From: Vicugna vicugna
Lineage: Eukaryota
Assembly (NCBI GenBank): GCA_013265495.1
Contig: MU058451.1
Location: forward strand, 1,258,584-1,322,583
Length of the DNA: 64,000 nucleotides
Direction: 5' to 3'
Within the stretch, counting starts at the first letter, position 1, and each line of letters starts with the position of its first letter. Both the position numbers and the translations under genes were made by a program. This document shows, one piece after another, positions 12,436-23,466 of the stretch. Under the pieces are notes generated by a model that was not told the origin of the DNA, ran no database searches, and saw nothing but the letters and a program-made list of their open reading frames with translations.

Positions 12436-12492
12436 GATTGTCATCATCTTTACAGGCACAAGGAAATGATACACATTATTCAAAGGTGAAAT
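12436..12492 (-). CDS. Exon (57 nt; ISPLNNVYHFLVPVKMMTI) with Mab-21/cGAS-like HFLVP motif
   Basis: gcttactccag| ... atc|gtaaga; only phase 0 is open; phase 0->0. Confidence 0.7.
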
Positions 12493-12592
12493 CTGGAGTA
12501 AGCATTCACCAACAGAAATAAGCAAAATTTTCATAAGCACATGCATATTCCAAGTATAAAAAAATACAATTCCTGCTCTTCCCATCTCTCAC

Positions 12593-12656
12593 AGAATTCT
12601 CTCTGCCATCTCTAGAAGGTATCTTGTTCTTCTCCCACGGTTCCCCATTTTTATTT
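12593..12656 (-). CDS. Exon (64 nt; NKNGEPWEKNKIPSRDGRENS)
   Basis: tgtctag| ... tct|gtgaga; phase 2->0. Confidence 0.6.
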
Positions 12657-12816
12657 CTAGACATCATGGATAAACGGCTGCATTCGAAGAGCTGTGCCAC
12701 AAACCAATCCTATGACTAAAGTTGTGTGGTTTGGGGGCGATGCTTGCATTGAAATGAAATACCAGAGGATGGAACTCGCCGCTGTGATGAGAAGGGGACC
12801 AGCGAGGGCAACATAC

Positions 12817-12838
12817 CTACAACACAACCTGAGGATTT
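12817..12838 (-). CDS. Micro-exon (22 nt; E-ILRLCC-R)
   Basis: gtttttgcttag| ... gtag|gtatgt; phase 1->2 keeps the frame open into the next exon. Confidence 0.55.
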
Positions 12839-13114
12839 CTAAGCAAAAACTGCGATTTGTTTTAAGGAAAGGTAATTTTATGTAATTTAAATTATTTTAT
12901 CTTTGCTTCCCGCATTATTACCTCAAGGACTTTTATTGAGATTGAGATGCTTAATTGCAGGAGACTTTTCTAATAAAATGATTAATAAATAGCCCAGATG
13001 ATTCAGGCTATATATACAAAATATATATGTGTATAAGAACTATCAATGAGGGATTAAGTAGGCAAACTCTTAAAAAGCAGAGGGGGAAAGATAATTAAGT
13101 TGGGGTCTCACAGA

Positions 13115-13728
13115 TGTTAAAACTAAATACAAAATGGAGACCAGACTTGAACGTTCCCTGAGCAGGCAAAACCATGTAAGCCACGTAAGCAAAGCTAAAT
13201 CTAGCTTATACACGAACAGAATCCACACTTAACTTAGGTTATTTCATAAACATAAGCAAAACCTTAACTTCTATAAATGCCTCTGATAACCGTAAAAGAA
13301 ACACGTCGTCTTCCTAAAATTGATATGAGCTTATCCTTTTAACCCATCCCCTGCTTTCTGGAAAACCTCCATTCTAATAACCGATCATTACAAAGGTTAA
13401 ACAACTTTCTCATTTTCACTTTAGAAGCCACTCTGGGGAAATATACACAAAATGTTATGATAAATCACAGAGAAAAAAATGTGACAATGAGTGTGTATAT
13501 GTCCATGAATGACTGAAAAATTGTGCTGAACACTGGAATTTGACACAACATTGTAAAATGATTATAAATCAATAAAAAATGTTAAAAAAAAAAAAGAAGC
13601 CACTCTGTGACGTCAGGCCCCTGAGCTTCACAACAATTTTACACTAGAAAACTCCTGGTTGGAGAACTGTTCTTATACGCACTATAAACTCTTACTAAAT
13701 CTGATTTACCGATACGGTGGTTTTAATA
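13115..13728 (+). mobile_element. Probable ERV solo LTR interrupted by an L1 3' end
   Basis: starts tgttaaaac; LTR-like aaaatggag, internal short repeats and a ctataaac segment; boundaries approximate. Confidence 0.5.
13436..13594 (+). mobile_element. Short 5'-truncated young L1 with polyA and perfect 13-bp TSD
   Basis: TSD agaagccactctg at 13423-13435 and 13595-13607; aataaa followed by an A-tail. Confidence 0.92.
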
Positions 13729-14220
13729 TAGCTATTTCTGGATTTTTGAAAACAGGATACAGATTTCCGGAGAAATGAGAAAGAGACTAACTGAGTCTTA
13801 TAAACTGTTTGATGATGCACTCAATTTAAAGACAAGAGACTTGTGACTAAAGAAAGGAAAGGAAAGGAAGCCAAACATAGATGCTGGCAAAGGAAACTGA
13901 ATTGTAGCTGCAGGATTCCCAAGAAGAGGAGTACAACTCTGTGATAATATTAATGGCTTTTGACTGTTTAAGTACCTTCAAATGATTGCTTGGAGCCGAC
14001 GGTCCATTTGTTTTGAGGCAGCGATGTTTTCCTTTATCTTTAAGAGTGTAATAGAGGCTTTGAAGTAACAAGGTCAAATTCAACCACTTTTGCCCAGACG
14101 CTGTGCAAAAATGCTGGCTTTGAGTTTCCAGAGAACATGAAGAAGTCATTTCAGCCAAGCTTTTACCACCCAGAAGTCCTTTTAAAAGACTTTCAGAAGC
14201 ATCCCGAATTTGCACATTAC

Positions 14221-14341
14221 CTCCTTGACCTTTTGAGCTTGAGGTCAGGGCTGGAGCACGTGGTTTCAATTGTCTGATAAGATACATCGCTTCAGCCTTG
14301 CTGGCTGAAGGTTCACCCAGCTGTTTTCTATCTCTTTTTCT
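14221..14341 (-). CDS. Candidate exon A of a minus-strand multi-exon gene (RKRDRKQLGEPSASKAEAMYLIRQLKPRAPALTSSSKGQG); contains an in-frame ATG at 14287
   Basis: Acceptor ...cctaatgattag|, donor gag|gtaatg; 121 nt; only one frame open; phase 0->1 fits the next exon. Polypyrimidine tract is weak. Confidence 0.5.
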
Positions 14342-15079
14342 CTAATCATTAGGCATTAGGCAAGCCATGAAAATGTTATCACGGCATTTTATTAAAGTCA
14401 CTACCAAGTCTCAAGATGAGTGGAAAAATAGAAACAAAGCAAACAAAAGGAGACTTCTCTAGCAAAAGCCCAGACTCCTAAATAAATTTTAAAAACCCAT
14501 GACTCTGGGTTTTCTAAGAAAAACTTAACAAAAATTTTGTTAGGAAGTTAGTCTTTTCTGAATAACTGACACCCTTCCTTTTAACAGACAGTGGAAATGA
14601 GGAAGTCCCTTCTGCTTGTCTTTTGGCCTTTAGTTGCTAGAAAGCTTGCACGTTAAGTGTATTGTTTAATGACAGTACCAGAATTCTGTCCTCTGTTTTC
14701 TAGACAGTGATCTCTCCTTTCTCTACATGATTTTCAATTCTTTAAATTTTGAATTTACTATTAGCTAGTCATTTTTATTTAAGGATTATCCTATTAAGTT
14801 CATCAGGCTAATCAAGTGTAACTTATAACAACAAAAACACAAACTCAAAAATAAATAAGACAGCATAAGCTGTATTGTAACTCTGAAACACGAAGTTATT
14901 AGTGACACTGAAATATAAATCACACTGGTAGAGCCACTGAAGATATCACTTTTTAATTGGCCATTGGGGCTGTGTGGAAAGTAACCTGAAGTACTGGGAA
15001 AGTGTATTTGCTACCATCTAAAACTCAAATATTTAAGAACATCGTGGAACCTGGTGCTTTCATAAGGCAGTAGCTATAA

Positions 15080-15610
15080 TATTAGGGCTCTTTCAATCGT
15101 ATGTGGTAGAGAATTTATCTCATATTGACTTAAAGAGAAGATACATTGGCTCAAGCAACTGAAAAATACCAGGGTGAGCTTGAAGTATGGCTAGATCCAA
15201 GAGCTACACAATGTTATCAGTTCTGCCTCCCTCCCTACCTGCCTTCTGGTCTAGCTTTTCCTCTCTCTCTCCCTCCTGGTTCACACTCCCGTCCCATGTT
15301 GGCACCATATTCCCTGGAAGTCAGCTTCCTTATGGTGGTACGGTGGCTGCCAGCAATGACTACATTATGGCCTATCTACTCATCAACCCCACAAGAAAAA
15401 GAGAGATTCTTTATTTTAACAGGCCAACAAAAACTCTGCTATTGAGTCCAGTGGGTTCCAACTGGTTCACAATGTTTTATTTGAACCTCGTCTAGGTCCC
15501 ACAGTTCCACTCAGACCACAGAAACAGAGACTAGGGGATGGGTATTTTAAGGCAAAATCACGGTGCTATTTTCAGAAAGGGTGAGCAAAAATCACAGATG
15601 TCCGCTACAA
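15080..15610. mobile_element. Old MaLR LTR (MLT1K-like)
   Basis: ttagggctcttt... start and ...aaaaatcacagatgtccgctaca end. Confidence 0.55.
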
Positions 15611-16403
15611 TATTTCACTCAACCAGACCATTTTTTTAAGACCTTGTTTTTCCAGGAAATTTGATTGCTACTAAACTGTTAAGATTGATCAGTAAACTAG
15701 CCAGGAAAGGAAACCCTGGTCTTGATTATTCACATGAGACTCCCATTAACCCCTGATGAATTTATTAATGAAAACTGTACAGGGACGTTAATGAGTGACA
15801 TAGACCAAATTTTGCTTTCTCCCACCAAATTGTGCCTGTGTGTTAGCTTATACAAATACTTAACTGCACATTGTGCTAACACCTTGCTAAACTATTTCAT
15901 ATTTCATGTGCTGCTTATAAAATCTGCAATGTTTTCATCATTTTTTTTAGCCATGATATTTTAGGAGATTAGATGAGAATTAGTACCACCTCCTTGATGA
16001 ATCCCCTGAATCTCTTACTCATCTTAATTATTACAAATCAATAAGGTATATTAAAAATAAATAGAAAAACGATGATCAGCACATACATGTAAACCAAAAA
16101 AAAAGCTCAGTATAGTGTATATATGTATTTATTTATATGGAATATAATGTGTATGTGCAATCAAACTGTAATAATTCTACCTAATAAAACTGAAAAAGGA
16201 AAAAATTAAAATTAAAAAAATAAAAATAAATAAATAATAGACTTTTTCCTAATCACTCCTGTTGAATTAAAAAACAAAAAGGAAATTCAAACACATTATT
16301 TATGGAGAAAAAGCAGATCGGTTTAGTTATATTGTGTGCTTGAAGTTCTTCAGGGAGACAGAAAATAAAGTTCCAGAAATGTCTGCACCCCGTTCAACTT
16401 TAC

Positions 16404-16452
16404 TTAGCGGTTTTATTTGTGGAGGTTACGATGTCAGTGTCAAATGTACAGC
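16404..16452 (-). CDS. Candidate upstream exon (49 nt; G-CTFDTDIVTSTNKTA) with a DxD-type motif
   Basis: strong acceptor aatttttttctttctcgttttaatcgttcatag|, donor taa|gtaaag; only phase 1 is open; I could not link it in frame to exon A. Confidence 0.4.
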
Positions 16453-16724
16453 CTATGAACGATTAAAACGAGAAAGAAAAAAATTCAGCTCAAGGGCAGA
16501 ATTAGGCAAGGCTCAACAGGCCAGGTCTCTATAAGCAAAAGAAGCCCTCGGCTGTTTGTTCCTCCAGTCTGTAAACATTTATTGACTGCCTCTTCTGTGC
16601 TGGACGTTGGGCTGGGTCTTAGTCATAAAGAGAACTCCAAGCACAGTCTACGTAATTAACTCAGGAGCAGCAAACAAGCAACAATAACAAAAAAGGTATT
16701 TCACCATCCAGGTGACCTGGGGGT

Positions 16725-17060
16725 GCAAATACACCTGGGTTTGGATTCTGATCCAGCCTGTCCCGTCTGGGTAACCTTAGGCAAGCTACTTGACCTTTTC
16801 AAGTAGCAGTTTGCTGAGCTGCAAAATGGAGACAAGAATACCTACTTTGTAGGGTCCATGGGAATGTTAAATGACGTAATGAGAACAGTAATAGCGATTA
16901 TTTATAGGATTCTTAATACTGAGCCCGTCAGTCTTCTGAGCGCCTTACGCACTTAGTCGTCACACAACCGTCACATAACCCCGTGAGGGTTACCAACTTT
17001 TGCCAGTTGTTACCAACGCCGTCATATACTTGGGGAAACCAAAGCACAGAGAAGTTAAGA
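16725..17060. mobile_element. Two MIR fragments in opposite orientation
   Basis: gtaaccttaggcaagctactt...ctgcaaaatggaga (+) and ggggaaaccaaagcacagagaagttaa (-). Confidence 0.65.
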
Positions 17061-17067
17061 CCTTACC

Positions 17068-17420
17068 TGGACGTGAAGCTGAGCAGCCTGGCTCCGCAGC
17101 CCGTGCTGTCTGTGGTAGACCTGAGCTGTGCCTCCAGATCCCCCTTCAAGGGGCAGCTTGCAGCCCAGCGGCAGTGGGTGCGGGGAGGAGGGCCCTGGGA
17201 GCTAGGCCCGGTGACGGGCCCCCTCAGCTGCAGAGGGCATACTCTTCCCGGGGCGGCCTGGACCGGGTGAGGGAGCAACGTGAGCTTATTTATGAAGGTC
17301 GCGCAGAACACTCTGATGGGCGTGTTCAACCCCGTGCTTCCTGCCAGGTTGGCCAGGGCTCCCTCGGCTCCGCACCACCCTTAGACCTCTTTCTCTGCTC
17401 AGGCTTGCTTCCGTTCACAG
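17068..17420 (-). promoter_or_regulatory. GC/CpG-rich putative promoter and first exon of the minus-strand gene
   Basis: local GC/CpG enrichment with no recognisable repeat; strong donor ccag|gtaagg at 17068/17067; GC-box-like ggggcgg near 17250. Confidence 0.45.
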
Positions 17421-17510
17421 GTGAAGACCCCTAATCCAATTACACGGCTGTGTGAAGCTGCCCCACCCCTCACCGATGTTCTGTTCATGTTAAAAATTCT
17501 CTTCTTGAGA

Positions 17511-20500
17511 TGGGCCAAGATGGCAGAGTAGGACGCTCAGAGCTCACCTTCTCCCACAAATACACCAAGACTCACATCCAAGGACCCATCCATCCAATCA
17601 GAACACCTGCTGTACTTTGACAGAACACCACTTTCTTCAAAAGACAAAATACACCATCAATCTGGTAGGAGAAAAGGAAAAAAGGAAGAAAAAAGAAAAT
17701 AGTGCGGGACCGGTCCCGTGGGGAGGGAGCAGCAAAGGAGGAATAGTGCTCCCTTGCTAGGTCTCCCCCTCTGCAGCAGAGAGGTCAGCAGGATGGAGGG
17801 GGAGCCTCTGAGGCTTGAATCTATATGGAATAGCCCTTTACTGACAGAACTAAGTTAAATGGGCACAAAGGGTCCCGGTGAACCCCAGCCCTTGGCATGA
17901 ACTAGCAGGGGTGGGACGGGACAGGCTGCCTGAGCCAGGCGGAGGACTGGGACTGTACAGAGGCAACCCCGGGGGACTGCAGGGTGCTGTGCGCCTTGCT
18001 GGCAGGGGATACAGAGCAGAACAGCCTCGGTCCCCCATAAAATACACACAGAAAAAAAGCAAAGCAACATTGCTGGTGTGCCCTGGGGGGAGGGGCGCCA
18101 TAGCCTTTGTCTCTGCAGACCTGTGGCACCATAAAGGCGGGGCTCAGCGACAGCCACCATATTCTCGCGTGCGGCTCCCGGGCGGAGGCCGGGCGGAAAC
18201 CTGAATCCTCATCTGGGGGCTCTGCAACCTCCCAGGCGGGACTGAGACTTGTTTACAGCCCCAGGCAGAGGGGAATGTTCTGCCCCCGTGCCTCTGTGAA
18301 CTCGCACTCTGAGACAAATGAACAGGGAGCGGCGTTCTGGCACAGAGCAGGGGCGTGGGCTGGTAAGGCCGCTTTCTTCCAGCCCGCCTGCCAAGCACGG
18401 ACCCCATGCAGTGCGCTGAGCGGCACCGAACGGCCGAGCAACCCGCCCGCCTACCGGTGCACGAGCCTGGCCCCGGGACACGGAGTCAGGAGATGGCACC
18501 ACTCGCCCAACTAGACCCTCCCGCCTACCGGCCCTGGGAGCAGCACAGACCCGGGGCGCTACCACAGCGCCTCTGGAACCACCGAGCGGAGTTCCCACAG
18601 CAGGGCGAGGGCAGGAGCGGCGACAACAACAGAATAAAAAGGAGGCCCCGCTCAATAGCCAGGGCAGGCTCTGGCCACCAGAACACCGGCCACACCCCCA
18701 GCCAAAGGGATAACAGGCAAAAGGCACGGAAGGAAGACTTGGCAATGACCCATACTTAAGAAGGACCTCCCCTCAAAATTAAGAGCACACAGTCTCCAGG
18801 GGAAAATTTTTTCTTTTTTTCTTTTTCTTTTTTAATTTTTAATTTTTTATGTTTCTAATTTTTACTCCCTTTAAATTTTTTCTTTTAAAATATTTTGTAT
18901 TAATTGAAAAAATTGTCTCAGTGTGATTTTTATTTCTCTTTGTTTTGTTCTGCTATCAATTATACTGTTTTCAAATCTTTTTTCTTTTTTAAACTTTCTT
19001 TTTTTTTTGTAGTTTTATTTCCACATCCACTTTAGATAAATAAATAAACAAACAAACAAACCCCTTCAGGACCACAGTAGATAAACTGATACTCCATAAT
19101 CCATAGTACCAGAGAGATATAAGTAAAATGAAGAAGCAGAGGAACCACTCCCAATTAAAAGAGCAGGAGAAATCCCTGAAAGATCAATGAAATAGACCTT
19201 GAAAGTCTACTAAATCACGATTTCAAAAAAGGTCTGCTCAAAGTACTGAAGGAACTAAGAAAGACTGTGAATAGAGACAAAGAATATGTCAAAAAGGAAG
19301 TTGAAACTATAAAGAGGAGCCAATAAAATTGGAAAACTCATTTGCTGAGATGAGAGCTGAGCTAAAGACTAAAAAGTAGGCTAGATAATGCAGAGAAACG
19401 AATAAGTGATTTAGAAGACAGGACAACAGAAATCACCCAATTAGAACAGCTGAGAGAAAAACCAATGAAAACAATATAAGGGATCTATGGCATAATAAAA
19501 AGCATGCCAACCTATGCATAATAGGGGTCCCAGAAGGAGAAGAAAGAGCAAAGGGGATTAAAAAGGCATTTGAAGAAATCATGACTGAAAAGTTCCCAAA
19601 CCTAAAGAAGGAATCAGATATTCAAGTACAGGAAGCACAGAGGGTCCCAAACAAGAAGAACCCAAACAGACCCACACCAAGACGTATTATAATTAGGATG
19701 GCCAGGGTGAAGGATAAAGAAATGATTCTAAAAGCAGCAAGAGAAAAACAAAGAGTTAATCACAAGGTTAACCCCCATAAGGCTCTCAGCTGATTTCTCT
19801 ACACAAACACTACAGGCCAGAAGGGAGTGGCAAAGGGAGTGGCATATTCAAAGTCCTGAATGAGAAAAAGATGCAACCTAGGATACTTTATCCAGCAAGG
19901 CTATCCTTTAGAATAGAAGGAGAGATAAAGAACTTCACAGCCAAGCAAAAACTCAAAGAATTTAGCAACACTAAACCCATGCTAAAAGAAATATTGAAAG
20001 GTCTACTCTAAACAGAAAAGAAGCAGGATGCTGCAGAAAAGAGAAAACCATAGTTGGAAAGGTTATATCTACGATGAACTACAAGAGAATAAACATGAAA
20101 TTGTAAAAGAGGACATCTAAATCATTAAGTGTGGGAGAGGGGAGCAAGAAAATTTTTTTAGTTTTTTTTCTTTTTTTCTTTTTTCGGTAGGATGAGTTTG
20201 AGCTTACATTACTATCTGTTTAAAATAGATATAATAATGGGTTACTATATGTACAAAACAGGGTAACCACAAGCCAAAAGTTTACAATAGAGTCACAAAA
20301 ACTAAAAAGAAACCAAGATAATACAAAGGAAAATTATCAAACCACAAAAAGAAAAAGAAATGAACAAAGAGGAAATACCAAATCAACTACAAATCTAAGT
20401 CCAAAATGGCAATAAACACACATCTATCAATAATTACTGTAAATGTCAATGGACTAAATGCTCCAATCAAAAGACACAGAGTGGCAGACTGGATAATAAA

Positions 20501-20953
20501 GCAAGAAACCACAATATGCTGCATAGAAGAAACCCACTTTAGGGAGAAGGACACACATAGATTGAGAGTGAGAGGATGGAAAAAGATATTCCACACAAAC
20601 AGAAATGACAAGAAAACAGGAGTAGCAATACTGATTTCAGACAAAACAGACTTTAAAACAAAGGCCATAAAAAAGATGAAGATGGACATTTTATAATGAT
20701 TAAAGGAACAATACAAGATGAGGTTATTCCATTCATTAACATATATGCATGCAATATAGAAGCATATAGCAAATACTAACAGAAATAAAGGGAGAAATTG
20801 ATGGGAATACAATCATAGTAGGAGATTTTAACGCCCCATTAACATCACTAGACAGATCCTCCAAACAGAAAATTAATAAGGCAACAGAGAAATTAAATGA
20901 TACAATATACCAATTAGTCTTGGTTGATATTTTCAGAACATTACATCCCCCAA
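17511..20953 (+). mobile_element. LINE-1, 5'-intact (CpG-rich 5'UTR, disrupted ORF1 about 19128-20011, ORF2 endonuclease from 20406), 3' part missing
   Basis: L1-type start gggccaagatggc; ORF1 peptide MTEKFPNLKKESDIQVQEAQRVPNK...; ORF2 peptide ...LSIITVNVNGLNAPIKRHRVADWI; frameshifts and stops. Confidence 0.95.
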
Positions 20954-21740
20954 ATAATTAAAAATAATGATCTAAACAGACAGTTCACCAAATAAGACTA
21001 TGAATGCCAATAAGCACACGAAATCATTATTAATGAGGGGAATTCAAATCAAAACCATACGAGGCAACACTACCCACTCCCTAGACTGGCTGAAATTTAA
21101 AAAGACTGACAGTACCCAGTATTGGCAAGAAAAAGGAGCAATCAGAATTCTCAAACCTTGCTAGTGGAAGTTAAAAACATTATATAACTGCTTTGGAAAA
21201 CAGTTTGGCAGTTCCTAATAAAGATAGCCATGTCACTATTGTATGACTCAGCAACTCCACTCACAGATCCCAGAGAAGTGAAAACAGGCGTCCACAAAAG
21301 GCCTTATCCATGAATGTCTATAGCTTCATTTATAAAACTTAAAGGTTGGAAACAGCCCACGTATCCATCAATAGTTGAATCATACATAAATTATGGTATA
21401 TTAAACACTGCAATATGAATCTGCAATAAAAAGAACCAACCACAGATATACATACAAACACAGATGAATTTCAAAAACATTATACTAAACAAAAGAAACC
21501 CCAACGAGTACATTCTGTGTGACTCCATTTATATAGAAATGGGAATAACTGTCTATGGGCTAGGGTGTTGACTGGAAAGTGGCAACAGGGAACTTTATAG
21601 GATAATTGAAATGTCCTATATCTTGACTTGGATGAGGATTACAAGGGTGTATAATCTATCAAAGTTTATTAAAATATAAACTTAAGATCTGTGCATTCTG
21701 TAATGCAGATTTTTAATGCATATATTTGCCATTAAAAGGT
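20954..21740 (+). mobile_element. Older L1 (L1M-type) ORF2 3' end and 3'UTR fragment
   Basis: degenerate L1 3' motifs (ctttggaaaacagtttggcagtt, cagcaactccac, ttaagatctgtgcatt). Confidence 0.8.
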
Positions 21741-23313
21741 TAAAAGGTTTACTCATCCATAGAAATATTTTTTGTTATTCTAACATCTTTTGCCTCTCAT
21801 CATCTCTTACAAATCTCCACCACAGAGCAGAAATGTTAGAATATATGGCAAATGGAGCACATTAAGTATTTTTAAAATTTGGGTTTATGAGCAATTGTGT
21901 GCAGCAGGTTACTTACTAATATTGTCAATGTTAACAGCTCTATGGCACCATTTTGGACAATCAGATTTCCTTGATATTAAAGATAAAGTTGGCATTTTTG
22001 TCAAGAAGGTATTTTAAACCTGTTAGGGGAGTTTTTATAGTGTAAAGGTAAGATCTGAGGTATATAAATTATATCTCTTTAAAATTAAAAAAATAATTTG
22101 CAAGTAAACAAATAAGAGAGATCCACTACCTGCCTGTAACCAACTGGGTTCCCAGGTCTGTTCTAGCTTAACATAGGAGATAGAATACTAGCCCATGGAT
22201 TATGGGACTCTTCAAAGCTATAGGTAGTTTTTGGAGCAAATAACTCCCATTCCCCGTTGGGCCAGTTGACCTCTGATGGGACTACGCTACTAGCAAAAGT
22301 AGATAATCATGAGGAGATGTGGTGAGTTAGGGACAAAGTCTCAGCCAGGCCAACGTGGGTGGCGGTCAGCTCAACCAGAATAAAGCTACTGAAACTCCAT
22401 AGTGGCCTCCAGGAACTAAACAAGTTCTTTCACCTCTTTTAGGGAAAATGCTCTCAGGCTACAATGGCAGAAAAATGGAGAATGAGCACCAGTAATATAT
22501 GGGGAACTCCTTGAGTAAAGGAGACACAGTCTGAATTAACTCCTCAGTAGTGGGTAGAGAGCAAGAAAGGATCTAAAGTGAAAGATTAGTGGCAGGGAGT
22601 TGGAAAAAAATGGAGATAAGAGGTTTGGGAACGACAGGAAACCGCGGAGGGGTGCTTTAAAAGCCCCTCTGCAGATGAGCTTTCGAGGGAGGGAGGCGCT
22701 GTTGGGATGCTTTGGGTTGCCTTGGACAGCGGCAGGAAGTTGTTCTGACACAATGTCCTTTTTTTACCCTATGACTGCATCATGTAGATGCAGCCACCGA
22801 CTGTGTTTTGTGCCCACTTCAAAGTAATATTTTAAAGGGAAAGAATTATAAACACTAGAAATCTGGAATCTCCCTTTGAAAAATAAGCTAAAAGTAATTT
22901 AAATTAAAATGTACTGATTAAAATAGCCCTGTTTCAGATTTTGAGGCATGCTGTTTCTTTCTGATTATTATCTCCCAGTGACTTAAAAAACCACCCCCAG
23001 ATCAAGAGAATCAGGCAGAAATTTTGTGATAAACTCAGGAACTACTCATAAATGGCCAAGTACAGCTTCACGGAGCGCCTCCTGAAGACATTTAATAAGT
23101 CTGTCATAATTAGCACATGATCCTCAAGAAAAGAGAATAAGAAACAGCTGCTTTGTAGCAAATCCTAACTACAGTAGGGATTCATTCTAAATTCACGTCA
23201 AATTTAGTCAGTTTTCATTTGGGACAACAGCGGAAATCTTTGCCAGGCTAAGGGCAGTTATGCATTTGTCAAAACAGATGAAACCTAAAATGTTAATTTT
23301 GTTTTTCTCTCAG

Positions 23314-23466
23314 ACAAATATTTCCGTGGAACATGGAACCTTTTAATGTTGGAATAATCAGTGAAGAAAGCCATCTAACAGCCCTTATTGTGCCCTGCCT
23401 GTTCTGCTCTGCTTCACTGTTTTAAGTCTGGTCTTAACTCACTTTGAAAATTCTTCGGTGGTGATG
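23314..23466 (+). ncRNA. Candidate internal exon of a plus-strand spliced non-coding transcript
   Basis: ttaattttgtttttctctcag| ... atg|gtgagt; stops in all three frames. Confidence 0.4.

Noticed and set aside
13847..14287. 146-aa single-exon ORF as a stand-alone gene
   Set aside because: An internal donor at 14221 fits the downstream exon chain; the rest is better explained as intron read-through
4032..14341. Assigning the symbol CGAS or MAB21L3/4 to the gene
   Set aside because: Sequence is too divergent from the paralogues I recall, lacks the zinc ribbon and has a different exon structure; symbol left empty
17850..18759. Cluster of long GC-rich ORFs on both strands (up to 178 aa)
   Set aside because: All lie in the L1 5'UTR; long ORFs are expected from GC content and have no recognisable domain
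19128..20953. Functional L1 ORF1/ORF2
   Set aside because: Multiple frameshifts and stops, and ORF2 is truncated
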